DNA of 34,113 nt, taken from positions 1 to 34,113 of the IMG/VR virus record IMGVR_UViG_2695420576_000005, one strand, 5' to 3'. The first letter of the stretch is position 1, and every line of letters starts with the position of its first letter. A program made the position numbers and the translations under genes. Positions 1-10,123 of the stretch are shown here, one piece after another. The notes beneath the pieces are model-generated. The model was not told the DNA's origin. It worked only from the letters and a program-made list of their open reading frames with translations, and did not search any database. This stretch comes from a virus. Lineage: Duplodnaviria > Heunggongvirae > Uroviricota > Caudoviricetes.

Positions 1-2
1 TG

Positions 3-863
3 GCATTATTACTGGAGCCACTGCAGTTCACCTTTATGAGTCACGCACTGCTGATTTCACTGGTAGTTTCCATACCCTGTGCGCTGCTGTCGGTCTTTCT
101 GGTCCTGAAAGGTTGGGCACTGATGGGTGACGCGATGAGTCATGCGGTTTTTCCTGGCATCGTGCTTGCCTGGATTCTGGGGTTACCTCTGGCTACAGGG
201 GCATTCGTCGCCGGAGTATTCTGCGCGGTGGCGACGGGATACCTGAAAGACAACAGCCGAATCAAGCAAGATACAGTGATGGGGATTGTTTTTTCTGGCA
301 TGTTTGCCGCAGGTCTGATCTTGTATATTGCAGTCAAACCAGACGTACATCTTGACCATATTCTTTTCGGCGACATGCTCGGGGTAACCATCGGCGATAT
401 AATCCAGACGGTGATTATTGCCGGGCTGGTTACACTTGTTATTAGCGTAAAATGGCGGGATTTTTTTCTGTTTTTGCTGTTCAGCTTTGATTATCAACAG
501 GCGCAGGTAAGCGGTTTGCATACGAGATGTCTGCATTATGGGCTGCTGTGCATGGTCTCTCTGACCATTGTGGCGACGCTGAAAGCGGTAGGTATCATTC
601 TCTCCATTTCTCTGCTCATTGCGCCTGGCGCCATTGCGGTACTCCTGACACAACGCTTTCATATTGCGCTCCTACTGGCGATTGGCATATCGGTAATAGT
701 GTCAATGACTGGTGTCTGGTTGTCCTTTTTTATCGACAGTGCACCAGCTCCGACGATTGTCGTCTTATTCGCGGTTGTGTTCATCATGACGTTCACCGTT
801 ACCAGCATCAACGCACGCACAAAGGGAAACACCCATACACAGGATTTGTCATCACCCAATTAG
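3..863 (+). CDS. sitD: Mn2+/Fe2+ ABC transporter permease, SitD/MntB (ABC-3) family; 5'-partial
   Basis: Track ORF 36..863; the same frame is open back to nt 3 (ALLLEPLQFTF precedes the first Met), so the start lies outside the window. Polytopic hydrophobic protein resembling SitD-type permeases by recall. Confidence 0.7.
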   Translation, partial: ALLLEPLQFTFMSHALLISLVVSIPCALLSVFLVLKGWALMGDAMSHAVFPGIVLAWILGLPLATGAFVAGVFCAVATGYLKDNSRIKQDTVMGIVFSGMFAAGLILYIAVKPDVHLDHILFGDMLGVTIGDIIQTVIIAGLVTLVISVKWRDFFLFLLFSFDYQQAQVSGLHTRCLHYGLLCMVSLTIVATLKAVGIILSISLLIAPGAIAVLLTQRFHIALLLAIGISVIVSMTGVWLSFFIDSAPAPTIVVLFAVVFIMTFTVTSINARTKGNTHTQDLSSPN

Positions 864-1214
864 CACAACATCCGAGGGCAGCATCGTCCGCTGGCCCACA
901 GAAGTCCGGAAAGTCATGGAAGGTCGTTGTTGGGAGGAGGTACAAATTCTCTCATGCAAAAAATACGTAAAATCGATAATAGCTGGAAATAATTCAATAC
1001 ATGCACTCTCGAAAGTGCATCAGCCAACCACAGAACGTTATCCCACACAACGTGCCTGCGGCATAATCCCAATGATTACTCCCTGACAGGGTTCGTAGGC
1101 CACTCAATATCAGGTGCAGTTGATGTATCAACACGGTTCAGCAGCATCCGATACTTTTTCCAGGCTTCCAGCAACGGGGTTTCTTCCTCCGTTGCATATA
1201 CAGCTCACCTTTTT

Positions 1215-1508
1215 TCACCCACGATTAACCAACAGCCAGACCAGCAGACACGCCACCACCGGCACAGCAAAATCCATCAGGCTTGCCACATCCCATGCAC
1301 GTGTATCAAAACCGCCCCACCACGGCATATTCATTCGCTTGCCATGCCCGAACATTTCGATCCAGCGATATTCTGCCTGGGTGTGTTCACGCGCAATGAA
1401 GAACGTACAACCGGCTATCGCCCCGTAAGCCCAGTTCCCGGTAAAAAGACCAATCAGTAGCTGCGCAGCCACAGCACAAAGCGCATGAAGGAAAGGTGTT
1501 ATATCCAT
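1215..1508 (-). CDS. small hydrophobic membrane protein, unknown function
   Basis: Track ORF 1215..1523 (102 aa). Start probably the third Met (MDITPF..., ATG 1506-1508, AGGA-type RBS just upstream) because the first codons overlap the upstream terminator hairpin. Two hydrophobic segments; no family recognised. Confidence 0.45.
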   Translation of the reverse strand: MDITPFLHALCAVAAQLLIGLFTGNWAYGAIAGCTFFIAREHTQAEYRWIEMFGHGKRMNMPWWGGFDTRAWDVASLMDFAVPVVACLLVWLLVNRG

Positions 1509-1521
1509 TTTCATCCTACCC

Positions 1522-1548
1522 AATAAAACGGGGCGCTCGGCCCCTTAA
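1522..1548 (-). terminator. rho-independent terminator after the tail-fibre genes
   Basis: GC hairpin ggggcgctcggcccc (1531-1545) followed on the minus strand by GTTTTATTGG; lies 6 nt downstream of the stop at 1551. Confidence 0.5.
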
Positions 1549-1550
1549 TA

Positions 1551-2594
1551 TTATTTAGACGCAAGCGCCGCCTCAATTGCAGATAATCTTTGTCTTAATT
1601 CTGCGTTTTCTTCTTCCAGTGCTGTTATTCTGTCGTCTGACTCTCTGGCTACCTGAACAAGCAAGCCAGTAACACCAGAATAATCTACTGTGTAATAACG
1701 TTCACCTTCTTCACCTTCCGATCCGCTCGCACCGTCCTGATATTTCATTGCGGAACCTACAACTTCTGGGATTGCTTCCAGAGCTTCCTGTGCAATGACA
1801 CCAGCATAGGGCATACCGTTTTCTTTAAGCGTGTATGTATAGCCGTTCATTTTACGGATGCGGTCGGTTGCATTATCGATCACCTGAATGTTGTCTTTCA
1901 GATCCCGGTCGGAATGCTGGTTAAATGCGGTGGCATGACATGCACCATTAACGCTTAACATATAGGTGTTATCGGTATTTTTCTGCGCATAGAACATATA
2001 AGCGCCACCATAGCGAACACCGACTTCATAAACAACAGGACGGCTGGAGTTGCCCCACAATTGAGCAGTAACACCAGCATAAGCGGTTCCCTGTGTGTTT
2101 AATGTCATGGTTGACCCATGATTGGCATATTTGATCTGTAATGTGTCGGTGTAATCAAATTTAATAAGCGCGTTACTTCCACGCTTGCTGTATGACATAA
2201 GGCAGTTACCCATTTTGAGGTATCCGCTGTCACCGGGAAAAATCATCGTACCGCCATAAAGGTTGGTAAAGTCCCAGCAAATGTTTGTCCCGTTATCGTT
2301 CAGGTTAAGGCGCGCCATTGCGTTACCTGGACTGTCTATCCATTTTTTGAGGTATAGTTCGCAATACGCATCCTCAACACCTGCCGTCCTGTGAGTTGAG
2401 CGGAGTTTTCTCCCAAATATAGCTCCGCTAGTTGGCAATACCTGCTGATACCATGAAGCAGACCAGTCACCAACGATTTCATCTTTGCTGTCTACATATA
2501 ATTTTGTTGCGTAGCTTCCTTGATCGTTTTTTAATTTGCTAACGTCGGATTTTAGCGTTTTGATGTCATCAGGAATTACTGTCGATGTAGCCAT
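1551..2594 (-). CDS. tail fibre/tailspike-like protein with C-terminal intramolecular chaperone (peptidase S74-like) domain
   Basis: 347-aa ORF. C-terminal ~110 aa (SDRDLKDNIQVIDNATDRIRKMNGYTYTLKENG...YAGVIAQEALEAIPEVV...ITALEEENAELRQRLSAIEAAL) matches, by recall, the self-cleaving chaperone domain of endosialidase/T5 L-shaped-fibre type proteins. Confidence 0.65.
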   Translation of the reverse strand: MATSTVIPDDIKTLKSDVSKLKNDQGSYATKLYVDSKDEIVGDWSASWYQQVLPTSGAIFGRKLRSTHRTAGVEDAYCELYLKKWIDSPGNAMARLNLNDNGTNICWDFTNLYGGTMIFPGDSGYLKMGNCLMSYSKRGSNALIKFDYTDTLQIKYANHGSTMTLNTQGTAYAGVTAQLWGNSSRPVVYEVGVRYGGAYMFYAQKNTDNTYMLSVNGACHATAFNQHSDRDLKDNIQVIDNATDRIRKMNGYTYTLKENGMPYAGVIAQEALEAIPEVVGSAMKYQDGASGSEGEEGERYYTVDYSGVTGLLVQVARESDDRITALEEENAELRQRLSAIEAALASK

Positions 2595-2603
2595 TTTTCT
2601 TCC

Positions 2604-2885
2604 TCACATCCAGCCACGAAGTTGATGCTCAACAGCAACCACGTATTCATCGAATAATGACGATATTTGCGAATCATTAATGATGCGCACGTTTACAAAA
2701 TATCCGTCTTCCTTAACACATACCGGTTCGCCATCTTCAGTCAGTTCTCCGGTTTCTTTGTACACGTTACCTATCACGTCGATAAGAATATCATCCTGCA
2801 TCGACTCGTCATCATAATAGCCAATACTCTCCATAAAGGCCGAAAAGTCGGCCCTGTCTTCAAATTTGAGTGTTAAATCTTTCAT
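2604..2885 (-). CDS. acidic 93-aa protein of unknown function, translationally coupled to stf
   Basis: Track ORF 2604..2885; its ATG (2883-2885) overlaps the stf stop (TAATG). No recognisable family; sits where Tfa would be in lambda. Confidence 0.5.
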   Translation of the reverse strand: MKDLTLKFEDRADFSAFMESIGYYDDESMQDDILIDVIGNVYKETGELTEDGEPVCVKEDGYFVNVRIINDSQISSLFDEYVVAVEHQLRGWM

Positions 2886-5284
2886 TAGATTGACTCCCCC
2901 ATTTGTGCCTCAGTTAATTCTTTATGCCAAATGCGTAAATTTTTCACATGACCGAACAGGTGTCTGTTGCCACTGGATGATTGTCCACCGATATTAATAT
3001 TACCGGCAGTATAACGTTGCAATGTATGCAGAGACGGGGAGCTGCCACCTAAAATTCCATCAACAACAACCTGCAACTGTTTATCTTCTGTAAACTTAAA
3101 GCCAGTAACAAATTTCCTTTTCTCTCTATTCCCATATGCTTTATATTCTGTTTTTGTTCCTTTGCCATTGGTGATAATTAGCCTTTTACCACGAGTGGTA
3201 AAACCAAAATACATATAACTTTCATCAGAAACTTCAGTCGTCGCCCCTGTAATTGAGATATTAAGCAAACGCGCAGAGCCTTCTAAATTAGGCATTTCAG
3301 AATCCCAATTAACATTAACTTCCATGAGAACACTAACTGGTGGAGTTGCCCAATTGAAAGGTATAGGTATGATTACCTGGTCACTTGCTCTCGTGGCACC
3401 GACCTCTGTTGTGATGATAAAAGATGACGCGTTTAGTCCCTTTTCGAATTGAGGGGTTGTTAACATTAATTTATCGCCAGACTTGATTGATCGTTGATGT
3501 GCTCCAAACTCAAAACGCCCATACATATTTTTTGCTTCTGGTGATTTGTAGGTAAACTCAACACGAATCCATCCATTAGACTCTCTGAATATGTTATAAG
3601 TTGCCGCCTCACCTCCAGAATAACTCAACATATCGCCAGTCTCGCAATCAATATATGCGCCAGCGGTCAGTGTGTTACTTGAGCCATCGTCGTTAACATA
3701 TGATATTCTTGGACGCAACGTGATAATACCATCCCCACTTACTTTTTTAACTCTGCAGGATAAAGTAACTGATTCATTTGCCGAAACTGAAATAACCCTG
3801 GTATATCCAGTAGAAATTAATGTCGCCCTTTCAGTTGTGGATGTTTCTTTAACGCCAAACAAACCATAACTGAAACCATACTCATCAACTCCCGTGGTAA
3901 TAGTTAAGTTAGCAGTGTCATAGTTCCACGATACTGGTGTATTCGTATAAGAAAAAGTATTCGTTCTCTGACCTTCAATGAGCAGACCATCTTTTTCAAA
4001 ACGTGGTTCATTTATCGCTGATTCAGCAAAACACCCAGACTTATCTATATACGTTGCAGTTGACGCCCTGGTAAATGAAACAACCTTTTCAGACGGCAAT
4101 GCAATAACATCGTCACCAACTGTGATGCTCTTATATCCAGGAGCAAACCCGGTAATCATATCCAGTGAATCGTTAAACGGTATCCACACCTCAGGTAACG
4201 GCTGTAAGACATATTTATACGGCTCCGCAGCCTGGCTTGCGTACTCTCTGGCTGCATCTTCGCTTGCTTTAGCTGCCGTCTGGCTTGCTGCCGATGCTTT
4301 CGCTGAGTTCGCAGCCGCTGTTTCGCTCGCCTTTGCGTTGGTTTCACTGGTTTTTGCTGCTTTTTGACTGTTAGCTGATGCAGTGGCAGAAGCAGCCGCC
4401 GCACTTGCAGAACCAGCTGCAGCACTCTCGCTTTCAGCTGCTGCAGCCTGACTACTTTTCGCCGCAGTTTCACTGGCTTTGGCATTCGTTTCGCTGGTCT
4501 TCGCTGCTGTCTGGCTGGACTTTGCGTTAGTTTCACTCGTCTTCGCAGCTTTCTGGCTGTTAGCCGCAGCAGTTGCTGATCCGGCTGCTGAAGTCGCAGA
4601 ACCGGCCGCCGCACTCTCGCTGTCAGCTGCTGCATCCTGACTGCTTTTCGCCGCAGTTTCACTGGCTTTGGCATTCGTTTCGCTGGTTTTCGCTGCCGTC
4701 TGGCTGGACTTCGCGTTGGTTTCGCTCGTCTTTGCGGCTGTCTCACTGTTTTTCGCGTTGGTTTCTGATTTTTTGGCTGCAGTCGCGGAGTTTGCCGATG
4801 CAGTCTGTGAGGCCGCTGCCGCCTGTGCGCTGTTAGCTGCGTTCGTTTCTGAGGTTTTCGCCGCGTTCTTCGATGATGCCGCTGCTGTTTCGGATTTCTT
4901 TGCCGCCGCTGCGCTCTGAGAGGCGGCTTCAGCGTTGCGTGCCGCTTCTTCCACCATTTCCTCAAAACGACGCAATGCCTCCGGCATGACATCATCTTCC
5001 GTCATGGCACCGAGAAAATCATTCAGCGTCCCCGGCTTAGAATCTTCATACACGGTGATGGTCCCGGCATGTGAAGGCGGAAAACCTTCAACCAGCAGGA
5101 TAACGCTGTACTGGCCATACTCAACATCCATGCTGTAACGCCCGGCTTCATCCGGATTTTCAGAGGCCACCGTGTTCACCAGTACCGTGGTGCTGTTACG
5201 CTTTGCCTTCAGTTGAATAGTGCAGTTCTGTATTGGTTTTCCCGCACCATCTTTCAGCACACCTGAGATTTTTACTGCTGCCAT
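2885..5284 (-). CDS. stf: side tail fibre protein Stf (lambda-like N-terminus, Ala/Ser/Thr repeat shaft, divergent C-terminal domain)
   Basis: Track ORF 2885..5290 (801 aa). MAAVKISGVLKDGAGKPIQNCTIQLKA... is near-identical to the lambda Stf N-terminus; lambda-equivalent ATG at 5282-5284 with GGAG RBS. The C-terminal ~450 aa are unrelated to lambda Stf. Confidence 0.85.
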   Translation of the reverse strand: MAAVKISGVLKDGAGKPIQNCTIQLKAKRNSTTVLVNTVASENPDEAGRYSMDVEYGQYSVILLVEGFPPSHAGTITVYEDSKPGTLNDFLGAMTEDDVMPEALRRFEEMVEEAARNAEAASQSAAAAKKSETAAASSKNAAKTSETNAANSAQAAAASQTASANSATAAKKSETNAKNSETAAKTSETNAKSSQTAAKTSETNAKASETAAKSSQDAAADSESAAAGSATSAAGSATAAANSQKAAKTSETNAKSSQTAAKTSETNAKASETAAKSSQAAAAESESAAAGSASAAAASATASANSQKAAKTSETNAKASETAAANSAKASAASQTAAKASEDAAREYASQAAEPYKYVLQPLPEVWIPFNDSLDMITGFAPGYKSITVGDDVIALPSEKVVSFTRASTATYIDKSGCFAESAINEPRFEKDGLLIEGQRTNTFSYTNTPVSWNYDTANLTITTGVDEYGFSYGLFGVKETSTTERATLISTGYTRVISVSANESVTLSCRVKKVSGDGIITLRPRISYVNDDGSSNTLTAGAYIDCETGDMLSYSGGEAATYNIFRESNGWIRVEFTYKSPEAKNMYGRFEFGAHQRSIKSGDKLMLTTPQFEKGLNASSFIITTEVGATRASDQVIIPIPFNWATPPVSVLMEVNVNWDSEMPNLEGSARLLNISITGATTEVSDESYMYFGFTTRGKRLIITNGKGTKTEYKAYGNREKRKFVTGFKFTEDKQLQVVVDGILGGSSPSLHTLQRYTAGNINIGGQSSSGNRHLFGHVKNLRIWHKELTEAQMGESI
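4380..4760. repeat. 189-bp (63-codon) tandem direct repeat inside stf, two near-identical copies with degenerate flanking copies
   Basis: ttttcgccgcagtttcactggctttggcattcgtttcgctgg occurs at 4456 and again at 4645 (period 189 bp); the protein shows repeated AKTSETNAKSSQTAAKTSETNAKASETAAKSSQ blocks. Confidence 0.75.
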
Positions 5285-5294
5285 ATCCACTCCA

Positions 5295-5322
5295 CAAAAA
5301 AGCCCGCCTGAACCGGCGGGCT
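5295..5322 (-). terminator. rho-independent terminator between lom and stf
   Basis: 7-bp GC stem gcccgcc/ggcgggc (5302-5321) followed on the minus strand by TTTTTGTGG. Confidence 0.6.
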
Positions 5323-5348
5323 GTCATAACACTGTGTTACCTGGCTAA

Positions 5349-5948
5349 TCAGAACTTATAACCGACACCCACGATGAAACCGTCAGTGCGCCAGTCACCA
5401 CTGCCGGAGCCTTCATAAGCAATATCAATGGCCACGGATTCGGTCGGGTTAAACTGCACGCCAGCTCCCCACGCCAGAGACGTGTTGCTGTGGCGACCGT
5501 CATCACTTCCGGTCAGCACATCGTGCGTTTTCCCCTTGTTGTCAGTTACGCGGAGGTAATCCCCGGAAAAAGTCGAAACACGGCTGTAAGCCATACCCGC
5601 CATCGCATACGCGCTGAACCATTCATTCACGCGCACAGACGGCCCCGCCATCACGCTGAACCAGCGGTTACGCACGGAATCTTTATGCCAGCGGGTATCG
5701 CTGTAACGGGTCAGCTGACGATTCTTGTATCCTGCATAACTGAATGACGTCACCAGCCCCAGCGTGTCCGTAAATTCATAACGGTATTTCACGTTAATGC
5801 CCTTCAGGTCATCACTGCCTGGCATATCAGTATGGGTCTGAAGATACCCGGCGCTTAGTGTGGACTGATGCTCTGCTGCGCTCGCTGGCGTACCAGCGGC
5901 AACCAGCCAGACTACTGCGGACAGAATAACAGCACATAATTTACGCAT
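5349..5948 (-). CDS. lom: Lom/Ail/PagC-family outer membrane protein
   Basis: 199-aa ORF with signal peptide; C-terminus ...AYEGSGSGDWRTDGFIVGVGYKF matches lambda Lom; located directly after J as in lambda. Confidence 0.85.
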   Translation of the reverse strand: MRKLCAVILSAVVWLVAAGTPASAAEHQSTLSAGYLQTHTDMPGSDDLKGINVKYRYEFTDTLGLVTSFSYAGYKNRQLTRYSDTRWHKDSVRNRWFSVMAGPSVRVNEWFSAYAMAGMAYSRVSTFSGDYLRVTDNKGKTHDVLTGSDDGRHSNTSLAWGAGVQFNPTESVAIDIAYEGSGSGDWRTDGFIVGVGYKF

Positions 5949-6015
5949 AATTACCTCTCGCTTTTCTGCAATAAAAAAGGCGTCATTTCTGACGCCCGTA
6001 TTGGGGTTATAAAAT

Positions 6016-9000
6016 TCAGCTGATACTGATGCCTGCAGTGGCTTTCTTCATCACAACAACCAGCAAATCGCTGATACTTGCTGTGGGATACCAACCATTT
6101 ACCCACCATGCTGATACAGAAAACTCCAGTGTCATTACACCACTGCCTGCAGGCATATCAATAACACCCGTGTAAATCAGAGTATTATCCAGAGCCGTTC
6201 GGTTATAAATTTCAGCCCCGTTTTTCTTCACTATCAGGCGGCATGACGAATAAGTATCGCTATTCTCCCGCTCATGTCTGGCACCGCAGAAAGCCCACCG
6301 CTGGAATAACAATTTGCCGGTCAAACGACTGATCGTCATAAACCCTGACGGTAATAGTCCCTGATGGCCACCGCTCCGGTGCACGGGAGTCCCGGGGGAA
6401 AGCTTTGCCCACTGTTTTAACGAGATCGCCTTCAATCTGGTTCGCGGACAGTTTTCCCAGAACCCGACAGTTCTCGTTAATCGTGACATTATTGAGCGTC
6501 CCGGAGTTCGCATTCACGTTACCGCTGATATCGGCATTTTTCGCCGTCAGCCGCCCGTCCGGTGTCAGGGAAAATACCGGAGGATTGCCGCCACTGGTAA
6601 TGGTGGGAGCCGTCAGATACTTCAGGAACACTTCGTTCATGAATATCTGGTTGCCCTGCGCCACAAACATCGGCGTTTCATTCCCGTTTGCCGGGTCAAT
6701 AAACGCGATACGGTTAGCGGCAACCAGGAACTGGCTCAGTTTGCCTTCCTCCGTATCCTCCATACTAAGGCCAAGCCCCGCGACATAATGCCTGCCGTCT
6801 TCGGTCTGCTCAATTTTGACGCCCCACATGGCATTCCATTTATCGTTGGCGTCCTTCCACTCTTTCGAAAACTCCTCCAGTTTGCTGGCGTTATCCTCCG
6901 TCAGCTCGACTTTTTCCAGCAGCTCCTTGCCGAGATGGGATTCGGTTATCTGGCCTTTGAAAAAATCCAGGTAACCTTCCGCATCATCGCTCGGCTGACC
7001 AACAGCCTCCACGAATGCCGATTTGCCAACGGTGTTCACACTGCGGATATAAAAGTAATAATCATGGCCCGGTTTGATATTGATACTGGCAGCTATCCAG
7101 TACAGCGCCGTACCAAGATAGCGGGCTGTGGTCTCAACCTGCCTGATATCGGTAATCCGCTTTTCCGAGAACCAGAACTCAAACTGTACCGTCGGATCAT
7201 AAACCGCAAGATGCGGCGTGGCAGTTATCTGAAAATAGCCCGGCGTCAGCTCAATCCGCGACGGCGCTGCCGGTGCGGCAATCCGGAACGATACCGATGC
7301 CGGATCGCCCTGCTGTCCCCACGCATTTACCGCCCGGACCGTCAGCGTGTAACGCCCCAGCGCCAGTTGCCTGAAGCGGTATGTGGTTTCCGTCGTCCTG
7401 GCCGTGCTGACCAGCCGCTCACTGCCGTCATCCGCTGCCACGGTCAGGCGAAGCATAAAGCTCACCCCCTTCACCACCTTCGGCGTATCCCAGCGCGCCA
7501 GCACCTGATACTCCCCGCTGTCTGAGGTGACTTCGGCAGTCAGGTGCTGCACCGCAGGCGGCGTGACACCATTCACCGTGCCGCTCTGGTCGCCGTCAAA
7601 GTGCGCCCCGTTATCCACGATGGCCTCTTTTTCCGGCACATGCTGCACGGCGGTGATGGCATACGTGCCGTCGTCGTTCTCACGGATACTCACGCAGCGG
7701 AACAGGCGCTGGCGCAGCGTCGGCAGCTTCAGCCCCCATACGCTGTATTCAGCAACACCGTCAGGAACACGGCTCACTTTTACCTTCACGCCGTCGGTGA
7801 CGGACTGAACCTCCACGCTGACCGGATTGCCACTTCCGTCAACCAGACTTATCAGCGTGGTACCGGAGGATGGCAGCGTGATTTCACGGTCGAGCGTCAG
7901 CGTCCGGGTCTGGCTGTTCACCGCCAGCACGCGCAAGCCGATGCTGATACCCGCATAGTCATCATCACAGATTTCAATGACATCCCCCGGTACATGGCGA
8001 AGCCCTTCCGCACCCACGCTGAAGTCCACGGTCTGCGTTTCCAGCAGTTCCGTTTTAATCAGCCACAGCCCGGCGCGGTGCGCCTGCCCCCGGCTGGTAC
8101 AGCCAAAGGCATCCATCTTCGTGACGTTACGACCGTAACGGGCAATGGCCTGCGTATCTTCAACAAGCTCTGTCGCCGTCTCCCAGCCGTTGTTCGGGTC
8201 AATCCAGTTCACCTCAACGGCATTATGGCGGTCCTTCAGGGCGCTGAAGCTGTAGCGGAACGGCGCGCCATCATCCGGCATCACCACATTACTGCGGTTA
8301 TAGGTCCACACCTTATCTGATGGTCGGTCCTGCACGAACGTCAGCGTCTGCCCGTTCCATACCGGCATACAGCGCATCGCCGAGCAGAAATCACTGAGCA
8401 CATCCCACGCCTTGCGCTGTGTGGTCAGCCAGGCATTACAGGTGATGCGCGGCTCCGTGCCACCAAAGCCATCCGGCACCGACTGGTCGCAATTCTGGCC
8501 GATGACATACAGCGCCCATTTGTCCACATCCGCCGCACCGAGACGCTTCCCCATGCCGTAGCGCGGATGGGTCAGCATATCCCACAGACACCAGGCCATG
8601 TTGTTGCTGTATGCTGGCTTAAACGTTCCGTCCCAGATACCGCTGTATTGTCGCGTCTGCGGGTTATAGTTCGACGGCACCTGCAGAATGCGCCCGCGAA
8701 GATGATAATTACGACTCACCTGCTGGCTGCCGAACTGCTCCGAGGGTCCACCTGTACGCTGACCAGTGCCGTGTTCGGGTAGCACTGTTTCACATCGATG
8801 ATTTCGGTGTATGACGACCAGAGCGTTTTGTTCTGCAGCTGGTCTGTGGTGCTGTCCGGCGTCATCCTGCGCATCCGGATATTAAACGGGCGCGGCGGCA
8901 GGTTATCCACCACCACCGAGGCCAGATACTGCGAGGTGGTTTTGCCTTTAATGGTGATGTCTTTTTCCGTCACCCAGCCACCGTTACGCTGTATCTGAAC

Positions 9001-9414
9001 CAGCAGGCGGACTTCCGACGGATTCCGGTCCCCCTTTGAGGTGGTTTCCACCAGTGCCTGCACACCGAAGGTAAAGCGCAGACGGTCGATGTTTGCAGAC
9101 GTGATGGTCCGGGTAATCGGCGTGTCGTACTTCACTTCCGTACCCAGCACCGTCTCGGAGCCGGAGGATTCAAATCCCTCCGGCGGTGTCTGCTCCTGCT
9201 CACCTGCCCGGAACACCACCGTGACACCGGAGATATTGGTATTCCCCTCACTGTCCAGCACCGGCGTACTGTTCAGCAGCACACTTTTTAATCCGTCCAC
9301 CGGACCTTCAATCGGCCCTTCACTGATGGCGTCTATCACGCTCAGCATCTGGGATGATTTCAGGTTGTCCTTCGCTTCGCGCGGGGTATGCCCCTTACTG
9401 CTGCCTTTACCCAT
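6016..9414 (-). pseudogene. J: tail tip / host-specificity protein J, interrupted by two frameshifts
   Basis: Three collinear ORF pieces (8716..9414, 6272..8785, 6016..6513) each match successive parts of lambda J. The span is 3399 nt, the intact lambda J length. Frame changes at about 8744-8747 (C run) and 6290-6293 (T run). Confidence 0.85.
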
Positions 9415-9475
9415 TCCTCACGCTCCAGAAACGAACAAAACCGCCCTGAGGCGGTTTCACACAAAACATTCTGCA

Positions 9476-10123
9476 TCAACGACCAATCACCACAACCTGA
9501 CCACCATCTCCTTCATCTGCCGTGCTGATCTCCTGCGAAATCACCCGTGACCCCACGCGCATTTCACCGTACAGAACCGGCAGAACATTGCCCTGGGCAA
9601 CCATGTTATCCAGTGAGGAGAAATAGGTGTTCTGTTTGCCGTTATCCGTTGTCTGTGTACGGGGAGTTCTGGCTTTCGGTGCCAGCATCTGCGCCACACC
9701 ACCGAGCACCATACTGGCCCCCGCACCATACATTCCTGTAATTGCGGCAGCCCCCAACCAACCTGCAGGGTTCCACCATGCCACCGCAATCAGCGCCGCC
9801 CCCAGCACAGCCTGAAAAACACCGCCACTTTTGGCTCCCGCCAGACGCGGCACAATGTGGATCACGGCACCATTTGCCAGCGGTTCATTAAGACGGGCAG
9901 ATAATTCAGTTTCACCTGCATCACGCCCGGCAATACGTACCTGATACCAGCCGTCGCTCAGTTTCTGACGAAACGCCGGAAGCTGTGTGGTCAGCGCCCG
10001 GACTGCTTCGGCCCCCGTTTTCACACGCAGGTCGATGCGGCGGCCAAATCGTTGTAAATCCCCGTAAAGGCAGATTCGCGCCATGCCCGGTGACGCCAGA
10101 GGGAGTGTGTGCGTTGCTGCCAT
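9476..10123 (-). CDS. I: tail assembly protein I
   Basis: 215-aa ORF MAATHTLPLASPGMARICLYGDLQRFGRR... matching lambda gpI; overlaps the 3' end of K by ~100 nt as in lambda. Confidence 0.85.
   Translation of the reverse strand: MAATHTLPLASPGMARICLYGDLQRFGRRIDLRVKTGAEAVRALTTQLPAFRQKLSDGWYQVRIAGRDAGETELSARLNEPLANGAVIHIVPRLAGAKSGGVFQAVLGAALIAVAWWNPAGWLGAAAITGMYGAGASMVLGGVAQMLAPKARTPRTQTTDNGKQNTYFSSLDNMVAQGNVLPVLYGEMRVGSRVISQEISTADEGDGGQVVVIGR

Noticed and set aside
140-970. ORFs overlapping sitD in other frames (140..391, 183..662, 527..970, 659..859)
   Set aside because: Embedded in or antisense to the sitD permease frame, which has a coherent polytopic membrane-protein translation.
4156-4995. 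279-aa Arg/Lys/Gln-rich minus-strand ORF inside stf
   Set aside because: It is an alternative frame of the stf tandem-repeat region; the repetitive low-complexity composition is a by-product of the repeats.
6405-8320. Long plus-strand ORFs antisense to J (6405..6788, 6788..7525, 7527..7808, 7544..8320)
   Set aside because: They overlap a gene with strong lambda J homology on the other strand, lack recognisable protein features, and are typical stop-poor antisense frames in GC-rich phage DNA.
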